Assembly (NCBI GenBank): GCA_964016885.1
Contig: OZ024743.1
Coordinates: forward strand, 124,310,001-124,374,000
From: Eledone cirrhosa
Taxonomy: Eukaryota
DNA: 64,000 bases
Direction of reading: 5' to 3'
Numbering within the stretch: the stretch's first letter is position 1; the number at the start of each line of letters is the position of its first letter. A program made the position numbers and the translations under genes. Shown here piece after piece: positions 25,470 to 38,148 of this stretch. The notes under the pieces were generated by a model. It made no database searches. It was not told the DNA's origin and saw only the letters and a list, made by a program, of their open reading frames with translations.

Positions 25470-26250
25470 AATTATTTCTGAGAGGGGTGTGAGGGCAGAG
25501 TCCTCAAACACTTCTTCCAGCGGGTCCTGTCAGAAGCAATCGTTTCTAACTGATCTGGATGGATCCCCAAGCGAGACCAGCCAAGCTTATGAATGTTATC
25601 CAACCATCTTGCTCGGCGTCTATCTCTTTGTTGGGTCTCCCACCTGTTTGTTTTGCCTGTAAAATCTGTCCAGCAATTCTTTCCTGAGACATTCTAACCA
25701 CATGCCCATAGTCTCGGAGTTGTGATCTCTCAATTCGGAGAAGTAGCAGCTCTACCTAGAGTGACTCTCTGATTTCCGAGCTATATACTTTATTGAGTAA
25801 CGTTGCTCCAAAGACCCTTTGGAGGAATCCCATTTCGGCCGCTTGTATTCGCAATCGTATTCTTTCGGTCATTACCCAAGATTCATGACCATAGGTAAGG
25901 GTTTGCACAAATACCAAATTGAAGATAGCTAATTTGGCTTTTACGTCAACCTCCCTTCTTCTGATTACTGAATGCAGAAACTGGCACATTAATGCACCAG
26001 CTCCTGTAATTCTTGCCTTTCGTCACTCGTGAACACAGGCCCAAGATACTTGAACTCTACCTGCTTCAGTGGAATTCATTCACTTGTAGAGTGCATTGCG
26101 CAGGCTTCCTTGAGAGGACGAGTGTCCCAGTTTTCGCAGCACTGATTTTGATTCCAGCCATGCAGCACTCAGCATCAAAACTATTAAGTGCAAGTCGAAG
26201 TTCATCTGCTGTTGAGTTAAGTAACACTATGTTGTCTGCAAATTCACGGT
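25470..26250 (-). mobile_element. RTE (Expander/Rex3-like) LINE 3' fragment
   Basis: FADNIVL and LTYGHESWVMTERIRLRIQAAEMGFL motifs; same family as 52960-55770. Confidence 0.85.
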
Positions 26251-27748
26251 AATTGGTTTTACACCCGCCAGGTGTTCCTCCCTTAATCAAAACTGCATCT
26301 CATTTACTTTGACTCTTTTCCTTCTGTCTGCTGGAGCCACGGGGTAGCCAGTGCGTAGGCCCTCATTTGTTCATAATAATGAGAGATAGGGAGAGCAAGA
26401 GAGATAGGGAGAGCAAGCGAGATAGAGGCGGTGACAATGGGAGTTTGGTTCCCCTGTGTTGGACCTGGTGTACATGTGTGTGAGTCTCTAGCTTGTGTAG
26501 TGACCCCCAAGTGTGTTGTGTTGGAGGCGGGAAGAGTTTTTTTTATTTTCATATACTTGGTTCATCAGTTTTATGCCCCAGTTGTTGTTCCTTTCTAGAG
26601 CCTCTCCTTTTCCTATGTAATAGTAAATGATTATATGCTATGCCAGTCACTGATTATGACTCCATCATGTATTACCTGATTGATTATGTAGTCTGACTCC
26701 TACTTCTCCAGAATATTTCAGCATCTCAGTGACTATCTCTGACAGGCCAACAGCTTTACCATTGTATAATTTCCTTGATTATGTCTTTGGTCTATGTAGA
26801 CCTGTCCAACCCTTGCTAGCAGGGAAAGCAACAGCAGACGGCAACGGCGACGACAAAGATGATAAGAGATGTAGTGGGATAGTAGGCAAATTAACAGAAA
26901 AGGTAGACGTTGTGGCAGATAGTATTTATACCTAAGTAATGTAATAATTAATAATTTTAGTAAATCCCTCAAAATTCTTAGTTAGTTAATCGAAATAGAG
27001 TGTATTTCATTAGAAATATGGCCATGAAAGGTTTAAGATTGTAGATTTAATTTAAAATAAACATGTTGGGGTTGAATGGAAAAGATATTGAACCGTTGAC
27101 ATATATTGAAGAACTTTTAATATTTCTAGGAAAAGCACAAATCCTACAAAAGAGATTACCTAAACTCAGTCATATCATTATATTTTAATTTTTCTATTGA
27201 AATTTCTTATATAGCTTGGTATAGACCTTTATTTAGAGTATTCTGAAAAGACTGGCTCCATTTAGTTAAAGCAAAGACAGACATGAAGATAAATAAACCG
27301 CTTTACTGTGATTTGGCATTTTAGTCTGGTACTCTGCCAATTCCTGCCAGTTCACTATCCTCTATTTACAATTCTTTTAGGCACCATTGTAAAAAAATTA
27401 AATGTGTTACCACATTTCTAATGAAAGACTGCCTACAATTTTCAAATAATAAAAAAAAAATAATCAAGAATTTGGAAGGATTTAGAAAAATAACAGATTT
27501 TTGCTTTCATGTTGTTATAAAAGGGTCTTTGTAAAACAACAGAACATTTTAGATTCTTTTTTTTCTTTCCTTTTTTTTTGTTTTTTTACTATTTTACATC
27601 AATTTTTCTATGTTGATGTGTTAACATGGATTTTGGAAGGCTTATTTCTTAAAACAACTGGATACACTTTCTACTGTATATGATACAATTCGTTTTCTGA
27701 TGAAGTGTATTACCAAAGGAAATGTGTATATGTATGTATGTATATATG

Positions 27749-28345
27749 TCAGGTCACCAGTTGGTGCTACTGGTAACATGTATTCCAGTACAACCTGTCC
27801 CATGGTCGGGTCATTGGCGACTAAACTGGCAACCCCACCAAGGTTTCTTGGTGAGGAGGGTGACTTTGGACATCCTGCAGGACTAAAAACAAAACCTGTC
27901 AAAGGAGCTCTTAAGAGTCAATGGCCATCCAAAATCACCGGGAGAGATGACCCCTTAGCCTTTGTCAAGGCAGAATTCTTTGGGAAGGAAAACTCTGATA
28001 TAACACCTGCAACTCTGATGGTATCCAATGATATTGATTTGTTCTTTTTGGTAAATATCATCTTGGTTAAGAGAGTGGGATTGGCTTTGTGCAGTGCCTT
28101 TGCTCACTATAAAAGCTTCACGGCACAGGCATTGCTTTATATCTGGAGATCTCTCTGCACTTGTCGTCACACGGTACCATGGGCCCAGCACTCTGTGTCA
28201 ATAATTGTTACAAGTGTAGTGTTTGAACCAGAGTTTTCAAGTCGCTGGCTGGACTAAAAAGTCACACTCGTTCAGCGCATCGGTAGGGGTTCTCCTACAT
28301 GGATATAAAGTAGTGGCTGTACTCGAAAACGAGTTGGCAGCCACC
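27749..28345 (+). mobile_element. ~600-bp non-coding retroposon, family C
   Basis: Near-identical to 51785-52393 and to the 5'-truncated copy at 62866-63269; microsatellite flanks. Confidence 0.8.
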
Positions 28346-28869
28346 ATATATATATATATATATATGTTCTTTTTTCCACGATTGCATGGGTTGGGTGGGT
28401 CCTCCTCAGCACAGCATCTCTCCACGTTCCTTCGTCATCTCTTCTGTGAGTCTCAGCAATTTGAGGTCAAGTTTCAGCACCTCAGCCCAGGTCTTTTTTA
28501 GTATACCTCTCTCTGGGTTTTTATATTTAACTACTATCATAGTCGAGTGCCAATTATCTCCCTTTAACTGACACACTCGGATATAATTTACATTATTCTC
28601 TCTCCCACTTGTCCAACATCTACCACTCTCAATACTTATAGCTGTTGATATCCATCACTCACTCTTTCAACTTTCTACCAACAGTCAGTACGTAACTACG
28701 AATGTCCTCTCTGCCCCCTATAATACTATCAATTTTTACCCCACTTCACACACAGCTCTTTTAGTCTCTTGGTCATCCCTCTCGTTCTATTTTCACTGTC
28801 AGTTACATTTGCCTTGAAAGGGCAGAGATGACATGGATATATGTGTGTGTGTGATATAGATCCTTACAG

Positions 28870-29205
28870 ATGAGCTGGGAAGCATCATCAGTGAACTAAC
28901 TTGAGGTTATTCCTGCCTTTCAACATCGTACACCCTTGCCCAAACGACCCAACCAGGGTTAATGATGTGCTGAATTATGTCCTAGCAGCAATCTCCCACA
29001 GATCAACCCTTTTAATCCAAAGCCACCCAATAGCTTTCTCTGTTGCTTCACTCATGGACTGAATGACTCTCCTCTTTGCTGCTCACTTAAAACCTAATTG
29101 GCTAAGGACTTTGTAGAGTGAAATCCTTGCAAAGCCTCCAAAGCCCACCCCAAATGCTTCACAGTGCATCTTCCAGCTTCTATTCTGGCACATCCCCACC
29201 ATGTA
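28870..29205 (-). pseudogene. HERO/NeSL-like RLE C-terminal remnant
   Basis: CEAFGVGFGGFARISLYKVLSQLG...EATEKAIGWLWIKR resembles the HERO end (VEVGCRGF...EAAE.ASRWLW.KR). Confidence 0.6.
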
Positions 29206-29212
29206 GACATAT

Positions 29213-29405
29213 ATAGATATATTTAATATAGAAATTACTTCAACAGGACTAAAACTGTTTCATTGGAAGGAAATCATCAGGAAGCCCGGCTTTCCTGATG
29301 ATTTCCTTTGAATGAAACAGTTCTAGTCCTGTAGAAGCCATTTCTATATTAAATATTTATACTCTGCTATGTATTGAGTACCTTACTTACTATGGTTACC
29401 CCGGA
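29213..29405 (+). mobile_element. PLE-derived foldback+tail mini-element
   Basis: ~70-bp arms centred on gcccggc (29284-29290); CTGATGA...GAAA in the right arm; tail with gtattgagtacc. Confidence 0.7.
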
Positions 29406-29444
29406 TTGAACCCGGGACGCACACACACACACATATATATATAT

Positions 29445-29832
29445 AATAAGAAGAACAAAGTGGAGGTGTTACATAGGAGATTTATTGCTCAATCCTGGTT
29501 ACAAATGTTTCCCAAGCAGCCAGCTCATGATCTGGGTTGGCACCCAGACCAGACTCCAAGTCTGCCTGATCCTCAGATCAGTATTAATCAGGGATTTGAT
29601 GTGATTTTTGTTGTGTTAACACTGGTCTGAGGATCAGGCACACTTGGAGTCTGGTCTGGGGTGCCAACCCAGATCATGAGCAGGCTGATTGGGAAACATT
29701 TGTAACCAAAATTGAACAATAAATCTCTTATGTAACACCTCCACTTTGTTCTTATTGTATACACACTGCTCTGCATCGAGTGCTGACCTCGGTTCTCTCA
29801 CCAGTTTTCTTCGGACTTACAGAACTTTCAGC
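29445..29832 (+). mobile_element. PLE-derived foldback+tail element with hammerhead fold (29623-29708)
   Basis: ~140-bp inverted arms, ~70-bp tail, (TA)n on both sides. Confidence 0.75.
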
Positions 29833-29869
29833 ATATATATATATATAACAGTATATATATAGAAATACA

Positions 29870-30292
29870 CAGAGACACCACCATGGGCTGTATAACATGC
29901 ATGTTTTCTCTTTTCAGCATGTGAGTTTTTTAGTTATCTAATATACTTTTAGGAGTGTAGACCCTACTGTGGTCCACCTGCCGACGAGCCCTCTACAATA
30001 TAGTATCTACACTTTTTCTAGCGAAACATGCTATAGGTAGAGCATGTCCAAGTGTAATAGTTATTATTGGATTAGTACATTTATTCTTTTAATTGATCTG
30101 TATTCTCCTTTCCTTTCGTAGACAATATATTTTTCACTCAGGTGGTTCGCTATCCCCTATGATTAAACACATACCTCTTTGTGTATTTATCTCTATATAC
30201 TGTTTTATAAAGATACTGGAATCTATTCCTTGAGCTCATTAAATTATAGGGGATTAATGTGAGTCTACAACTCGGTTTTTTTAATTTGATAT
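29870..30292 (+). mobile_element. PLE pseudo-LTR remnant
   Basis: Hammerhead-like fold at 29976-30038; tail similar to the minus-strand tail at 9011-9083. Confidence 0.5.
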
Positions 30293-30624
30293 ATCATCAT
30301 CATCATCATTTTACGTCCGCTTTTTCCCTGCTTGCAAGGGTGGGACGGGAACTGATTCTGGCTTGATTTCTACAGCTCGATGCCCTTCCTAACACCAACC
30401 TCATTTACAGTGAGTGCTGGGTGCTTTTTTGCTGTGGCACCTCCACGACCACTTTGCAGTGGAATGACATGGACCCCAGTCCCTATCATCTCATTTCTAC
30501 AGCCGAGTAAACTGGAGCAATGTGAAATAAAGTGTCTTGCTCAAGGAAACAACACATCACCCGGTCTGAGAATTGAACACACAACCTTTCGATTGCAAGG
30601 CCAATGCTCTAACCACTAAGCCAT
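30293..30624 (-). mobile_element. SINE family A
   Basis: Reverse complement of 6010-6363. Confidence 0.92.
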
Positions 30625-30638
30625 ATATATATATATAT

Positions 30639-30673
<35 letters not shown>

Positions 30674-31426
30674 ATATCTGCAACCATATTCAGTGAGAAA
30701 CAATGAAGACAACTGTATTCTCATATTTACTATATAGACTAACTTTCATTTTATCATCTTGCTTCATTATATATTTTAGTAAATATTTTTGAAGTGGGAA
30801 GAGCTACAGTCAAATCTTCCCCAATGTATAACTACTATCTTGTGAAAGATAGTAGTTATACATTTAGACAATAACATTCTAGATATGCACTACTGGCAAG
30901 ATTGTCAGTGATGATAGGTTTTCTCAATCAGGGCTCACCTGGAAGTAAACAACTTTATTTTTATTTTTTGTGATCTCATTTTGTTATATTTTGAATTATC
31001 TTTTCTTTCTATTTTACATTAATTATGTTCTTCCACTTACAATTCAGGAGAGAGAGAGAGATAGATATATAGATAGAGAGGGGGGGGGGGGTGCAGTTAG
31101 CTTATACACATTTTCTCTTAGTGAAAAGTTTCTCTTCGTGGCATACAAACATTTTAATTTTTGCCTTTTATCGAATAGGTTTTTTTCTGATCTAGACAGT
31201 CACTAGTGTAAACATATTTATTTAAACTACTGCCCTAACTTTGGGTATTATAGTCAACTTTTCTTTCTCTGTACCCTCCAACTGTCACCGGATGCCTGTC
31301 GTATTCGAAATGGTGTGACTAAATACAGTTGCGGTTGGTAGTGGTGGTGGTGGTGTTGGGCTGACTTGTAGTCAAGGCTATACAATATTCCAAAGGGCCC
31401 CAAATAAGTTTTTGGCTACCATAAAT

Positions 31427-31618
31427 AATTGTTTCTACTTTTGGCACAAGGCCAGCAATTATCCCAGTGCGTGACTGGTACTTTATTTTATCAACCCCGT
31501 AAGAATGAAAGGCAAAGCTAACCTCGGCGGGATTTGAACTCTTATCATAAAGGGCCGTAAACCTATGCTGCAAGGCATGCCGTCTGACACTCTACTGATA
31601 CTGCCAATCCACCGCCCT
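31427..31618 (-). mobile_element. SINE family B
   Basis: Matches the family consensus. Confidence 0.88.
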
Positions 31619-31807
31619 TAAATGATATGGGGTCTCATGCAAGTTTAACCAACCAAGACGAGGACACTGGTCTGAATAAATCAATATATAATAATAATTA
31701 TTCCTATCAGAAATTCAGGCAAAGATTTCCAGCGATTATATATATATATATATATATATATATCAATGATATTAAATAAATGGAAACTATATTTATAAAA
31801 CCATATT

Positions 31808-31868
31808 TATTCTATTATATATATTTCAAGGGTACGAAAACTTTGGTACGCTCTCATCAGATAAAATA
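31808..31868 (-). ncRNA. minimal type I hammerhead ribozyme (predicted)
   Basis: tattttat-CUGAUGA-gagcgtac..gtaccctt-GAAA-tatata-UA-atagaata on the minus strand. Confidence 0.75.
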
Positions 31869-32149
31869 CAAAGTTTGTTTTATAAATATTGACATATCCG
31901 GGAAGGAGATCTTAACGGTTCAAGTTTTTCCTGGATAGTAAAGGAAAGAGAATAAAGAAAGGAAAAATCAAATATTTCAAATTATTAAGATGAATATGCA
32001 AATGAGGTTGAGGTATAGGGCTGAAAAAAAACGTTATTTTTAGACGCTAGGTAGATTTAAATAATTATTAGGATATATGTATGTATGTATAGGAAGAAGA
32101 AAGAGAAGTTTGTATTTACGTGAATTTAAAAAGAATCAACAGTTTGTAG

Positions 32150-33492
32150 GAATGGTGGCAGATTGCCGCAGGAGAATGTATCGCTGCATGTGGCATCCCA
32201 GATGAGGAGTTTGCCACCGCGGAATGGGAAGATAGTCATGCCATCTGGGCTTTTGCCGGTTCGATGTGGGAGGGGAAAGATGCAGCATCCAAGCCATGCT
32301 TTATGACCACGTTAAGAGCAGCATGGCGTGGAAGGCGGCCGGCACTGTAGCGACAAGATAGTGGGTGGAGGCTGAAAGTGTCTACGGTGGATCCGCAGCG
32401 ATATTTGTGTGGCTCGCAGATCCGGGGGCCGAGCCTCAGGGAAACCCCGATTCACACGCTATCATTATCCAGCTGCATCATCATCATCATCATCATCATT
32501 TCATTTTACGTCCGCTTTTTCCCTGCTTGCAAGGGTGGGACGGGAACTGATTCTGGCTTGATTTCTACAGCTGTATGCCCTTCCTAACACCAACCTCATT
32601 TACAGTGAGTGCTGGGTGCTTTTTTGCCGTGACACCTCCATGACCACTTTGCAGTGGAATGATAGGGACCCCAGTCCCTATCATCTCATTTCTACAGCTG
32701 AGTAAACTGGAGAAATGTAAAATAAAGTGTCTTGCTCAAGGAAACAACACATCACCTGGTCTGAGAATTGAACTCACAACCTTTCGATTGCAAGGCCAAT
32801 GCTCTAACCACTAAGCCATGTGCCTCCATACCTGTCAAAAATGAGGGTAAGGCATTGAGCCGGGCACCGTTGTGGGGTTGGGAGGCCGAGTGAAAACATG
32901 TGAGGCGGTGCTGGTCGAGCCGATGCGCTAGCCTGTCGGAGGTCATGTGGCATTGGATGGCATCCCATATGCTCTGGGGGGATTTGACGTCTACAGGGAG
33001 AAGAGGAGGAGGGACGTTTACTTGACGGAGTACGAGGCGGTTCCAAGTCTCAAAGATGGTCTCACATTGGCCATTCACAGTGGGTTCCAATGTGTTGTGG
33101 AGAACCCTGTTGATGAGGCCACGGCAGGAAGTCACCGCCGAAAGAAACGCCGGAAGAAAAGCCAGTGAGACCGGAGACCAAGGCCACTGTTTTTAACAGA
33201 TAAGGTGGCCACCCAAATTCGTCAAACTTGACGTTGCATATCTGTCGAAGTCAGCGAGGAGAGATAGGATGCTGTAGCAAAATGTGTAGAGGAGCTTCGG
33301 CATGACGAAGTAGTTCCTCAACAGGATGGTCGTCAATCATGCCCAGTCTGTTCGTGAGGGGCGTGAGCTGTTGGAGCTTGGACCTGATAGGAGAGCGGAT
33401 GACCAGCGGGAGAATCGGTGGCCCGAGGATGAAGACATCCTCTTTCGGGGTCACCTGCACCTGCCGGAGAATGGATCGCACGTCCGAGACGG
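32150..33492 (-). mobile_element. CRE-clade non-LTR fragment interrupted by SINE A
   Basis: ILGPPI, HNGARLNALP, zinc knuckle and PDG motifs; homologous to 36558-37587. Confidence 0.8.
32476..32829 (-). mobile_element. SINE family A
   Basis: Full copy, with CAT at both junctions. Confidence 0.92.
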
Positions 33493-33615
33493 AACTATAT
33501 TACGATATGCACACACACACACATATATATATATGTATATATGTATAGAGAGAATGTATGTATATATATGTATGTATAGAGAGAATGTATATATATATAT
33601 GTATGTATAGAGAGA

Positions 33616-33657
<42 letters not shown>

Positions 33658-33790
33658 TGAGTGCAAGGAAACCTTTAATCCTGGAAGTACTCAATGCATG
33701 GGCAGATGCAGAATGGGTATAAAGATAGGTTAAATCCAACCACTGTGCCACGGTCGGCTTTTATCTTCCGTCTCTCCTCTCCCTCTCAAT

Positions 33791-33823
<33 letters not shown>

Positions 33824-33840
33824 TGTATGTAAATATATTG

Positions 33841-33897
<57 letters not shown>

Positions 33898-33901
<4 letters not shown>

Positions 33902-34087
33902 GTCTCTACTTTTGGCACAAGGCCAGCAATTACCAGTACATTACTGGTACTTTATTTTATCGATCCCGTAAGGATGAAAGGCAAAGTTAACCTCGGCGGG
34001 ATTTGAACTCAGAATGGCAAGGGATGTAACTCTATGCTGCAAAGTATGGTGTCCGACCCTCTACCGATACTGTCAATCCACCGCCCA
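33898..34087 (-). mobile_element. SINE family B
   Basis: Matches the family consensus. Confidence 0.88.
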
Positions 34088-34099
34088 TATGTGTATATA

Positions 34100-34134
<35 letters not shown>

Positions 34135-34725
34135 ATAAAATGGCGTGCTGCGTGGTTGCAAATGGGTTACATATGAATAAATTTAGTCCTTCATCAGTGA
34201 TCTTCCAGCCTTCATTGGTATTTCATCGCTTTAAAGACCATATACCTCTGGTTGGTGCGAGCAACGGCTAAAGAAAGTCGTTGGGACACGTAAATAGGGG
34301 GGGGGGGGGGCGAGCGAGGCAGTAAACAAACAAACAAAGATGGTAATGCAACGAAAAGTGAGGAAGAAGGAGTCAAGTCCCTGAAATCGATGAACATAAG
34401 TTCTGTGAAATCGTAGACGAGAGATAAAGACCATCCAACCTGGTTGAAATGTGAGCGAGGAAAGGATTTCGCACAGGTCAAACGGGAGGAAGTGATGGAG
34501 AGGGAGTAGCAGAGAGTGAGTGAGTAAGTGAAAGTGTGAGGAAGAGGCTAACTGAGAGAGTGACTGGCAGAGGGGGTAAAAAGAAAGTGAGAGATACAGA
34601 GAAATGAGAAGCAGTAAGAAAGAAACAGACGGGTCACAGCGGAGGAAAATATATAAATATATGAAAAAATGACGTGCTGCGTGGTTGCAAATGGGTTACA
34701 TATGAATAAAATTAGTCCATCAGTA
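34135..34725 (-). mobile_element. probable PLE remnant with ~60-bp direct repeats
   Basis: 34137-34197 is repeated at 34666-34724; ctgatgaagg on the minus strand; (TA)n flanks. Confidence 0.4.
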
Positions 34726-34737
34726 TATATATATATA

Positions 34738-35108
34738 ATGGTTTCTACTTTAGGCACAAGGCCAGCAATTATCCAGTACATTACTGGTACTTTATTTTAT
34801 CGACCCCGTAAGGATGAAAGGCAAAGTTAACCTCGACGGGATTTGAACTCAGACCGTAAAGGGACGTAACTATGCTGGAAAGCATGGCGTCCGACTCTCT
34901 ACCGATACTGCCAATTCACAATGGTTTCTTATATAGGCACAAGGCCAGCAATTTTGGGGGGAGGGGGAAGTCGATTAAATAGAACCCAGTGCGTGACTGC
35001 TACTTTATTTTATCGACCCCGTAAGGATGAAAGGCAAAGTTAACCTCGGCGGGATTTGAACTCAGATCGTAAAGGGACGTAACTACGCTGGAAAGCATGT
35101 TTGACCCT
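34738..35108 (-). mobile_element. two tandem SINE family B copies
   Basis: Copies at 34738-34917 and 34920-35108. Confidence 0.88.
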
Positions 35109-35499
35109 AATGGTTTCTTATAATATATATATATAATGATAATAATAATCATAGTGAGTAAAATCGAAGTTGCTACCGCGATTAGCATTTTTCGAAATTA
35201 ATCTTCTGAGGAGTGCACAAAGTACTCAATGAGGTGATATCGATAAATTATAGCTCAGAGTAATAACAATACGTTAGGGGTGTGGCACAGTGAAAATTGC
35301 GACCGGAGAGATGTTGCCTCATTGCCACTGCAACAACGAAAATACAAACAGGTTATATATATATATATACAGGATATTCGTGGATAAAAAGCCAAGGAAA
35401 CAATGTTTAATCTAGTACAAGAGGTCTTATTTAGTATGTATTAAAATTTCATACACTTAACATGTATGTGCGACATTAGGTTTCGGGCTCAGTTACGGG

Positions 35500-37770
35500 C
35501 ACCATTGTATAATGGAAGAGTCGTTTTAAAAACTGCCCACAATGCTTTGAATTGATGTGTATGTATATTATTGATGTGTATGTATAATATGCACATGGCT
35601 TGTAAAGTGAGTTGTAAGTTATTTTAAAAGTTCTTAATGGATCTTGTTACAAACGAAAAAGGTCGTATATCGTAAACTGTTCCTATAAAAAGACAAAAAA
35701 AGAAACAAGGGAGATAATTCTCTCTGGGAAATTTTGGAGGGCTGCTTTCTCCTCTCGTGTGCATAATGAAGGTTGTATAGGTAGGTTTGAACAGAAATGT
35801 ATATGTTACCTAGTGTGTAAGGTATTTTGTAAATCTTAAATCACTTCTAAAATCTTTCTTAAAAAAAATAAAACCTGAACAATAAGAGTTTAGATACTTA
35901 TTTAGTGAGTATAATTCTTGTAAAAATCCTAAATTTTTCACTGAGCCCGAGTGACCATCTCTTAGTTCCATTTATGTATGGCTTGGAATTCTCGATCACC
36001 TTTCTTGGTATATCATATGGTACTCCCTTTTCTTTTAGCCGCCAGATTCTTTTTGCCCGTGCTGTGCTAGTTTTTTATACTGGGATGCCTGAATAAGGAG
36101 AGGTGCATGTAGAACTTTTATTTAAATCGGCCCTGCACCATACTCACATATTTCTCACAGGTTTCGTTGACGATGGACTTTACATTACAATCCTTACAAA
36201 AAGCTGAATAAAAGACTAAAATATATTAATAGAGGATCCTGCCACACACCTTACACACTAGATAACGCACTTACATTTGTATTCAAACCTGCTTATACAA
36301 CATTCTTTATGCGTATGGAAGGAGAAAGCACTCGTCTAGCCTTCCAAAATTTACCAAAGAGAATTATCTACCCTGCTTTTTTTTTTTATTATGGAAAGTT
36401 TACGATATTCAACCATTTTAATAATTGCAAATGTCATCATTTTTAGTTAAAGTATGTATAGACACTAGGTCACATACATGAGGGTTGTCTGAAACGTTGT
36501 GAAGACTGATATTAGCTACGTTGAATATAATACCCTAAAAACCATTAATCTGGATACCTAAATATGGAATGTTACGCGATGCCCCCCCCCCCCCACACAC
36601 ACACACACAGCCCCGGCGGACAGGATGGAGAAGGCGTTCCCGCGGAGGACGGCAAGGGAGACGCGCTGGAAAAGCCACTTCAAGTCGCGGGGTTCATGCC
36701 TGCGGCTGGCCAACAGGGAGGTAGCCCTGGGGCCGAGGACACCAGAAGTTTCCACTACCAGGGGTACAACCGCAAACCTGTCGGAGAGCGACCGGTATTT
36801 GAGGAGCTTGGCCTCCTCAACTCGACGTGCAGCAGAACCTGGGTTAGTGGCAGACTTCACCAGGTTGCGGCTGTAGGAAGTGTCGGTGCAAGTGGCATCC
36901 CAGACGAGGGGTTTACCACCGCGGAACGGGAAGATGGTCATGCCATCTGGCCTTTTGTCGTCTCCTCTGTCCAGCCCCACCGGCTCAAGCTGGGAAGGGA
37001 AGCCCGCAGCGTCAAATCCATGCTTTATGACCTCGTTGAGGGCAGCATGGCGTGGAAGGCGGCTGGCACTGTGGCGACAGGAAAGCGGGTGGAGGCCGAA
37101 AGAGTCCACGGTGGATCCGCAGCGACATTGGTGTGACTCGCAGATCCGGAGGCCGAGTCTCAAGGAAACGCCGATGCGCAGGCTATTGTTGTCTAGCTGC
37201 GTGCCAGTGGAGAAGGAGGACAGGGCATGGAGCCAGACACCACTGTGGGGTTTGGAGGCCGCACGAAAGCAGGCAAGGCGGTGCTGGTCGAGCTGGCGCG
37301 TGAGCCTGTCTGAGGCCAGGCTACACTGGATGGCATCCCAAGTGATTTGGAGGGACTTGACGTCAACAGGCCGAGAAGGAGGAGGGATGTCTATTGGGCT
37401 AAGTCCCAGCCGGTCCCACGTCACACAGGCGGCCTCACATTTTCTGAACATAGAGGGTTCTATTGCGTTTTGAAGAACCCTGCTGACGAGGACGCGGCAG
37501 GAGGTTACCGACGAAAGATACGCCGGCAAAGCCAGCGAGATCGGGGACCGGAGGCCAAGGCCGCTATACCTGACAGGTAAAGTGGCCTATTGCTATCCAA
37601 TGTCGTCTTCTAACGAGATCCTTTAAGGTCTTTTAAAACTAACTTACAACTTAAGTCAAGCGCATATTATACGTACACATCGATTAATTTACATCTTAAA
37701 ACACGCACATATCATACATGCTCACCGATTAACTTACAACGTAACTCACGCGCATTCAAAGCATGTAGGG
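35500..37770 (-). mobile_element. old PLE (GIY-YIG end ~35900-36170) with inverted pLTR; right arm split by a CRE insertion
   Basis: STARAKRIWRLKEKGVPYDI...KPY...LSEKFRI. 35540-35822 is inverted to 36249-36419 plus 37604-37770. Confidence 0.65.
36420..37603 (-). mobile_element. CRE-clade non-LTR retrotransposon 3' part (open frame 36558-37529)
   Basis: HSGVWLHAL, CRCG...HPLSC...RHAALN knuckle, KRPDG...VWDATCTD RLE and FQRVSLAVLRGNA motifs. Confidence 0.87.
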
Positions 37771-37998
37771 CTGTATCATTATAATTTAGGGTTTGTTTTG
37801 GAAATTTCCCACCTTGGTTCTTGAGAACTCTCCACGAAATATGACGATATTTCGTGAAATAACGATTTTTCGTTAAGTTTCGTTCTTGCGCCTGTCGAGA
37901 GAGGCCGCCAGTTTTAGAACGGCTCCTCCGCTAATCAGTGGTGCCCATAAGTGGACCCCGAAATCTAAGGCCGTGCACGCATGTTAAGTGTATTAAAG

Positions 37999-38066
<68 letters not shown>

Positions 38067-38148
38067 ATGTTTGATCCCGACGGCAGAGCTCAAGCCGTTT
38101 CGACGGCTATGTAAGTGTATGAAAGTTATATATATATATATATATATA

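Noticed and set aside
27700-28257. 185-aa ORF in family C
   Set aside because: It starts in flanking sequence and is broken by indels in the other copies.
36564-37473. Plus-strand 190-197 aa ORFs
   Set aside because: Antisense shadows of the GC-rich CRE ORF.
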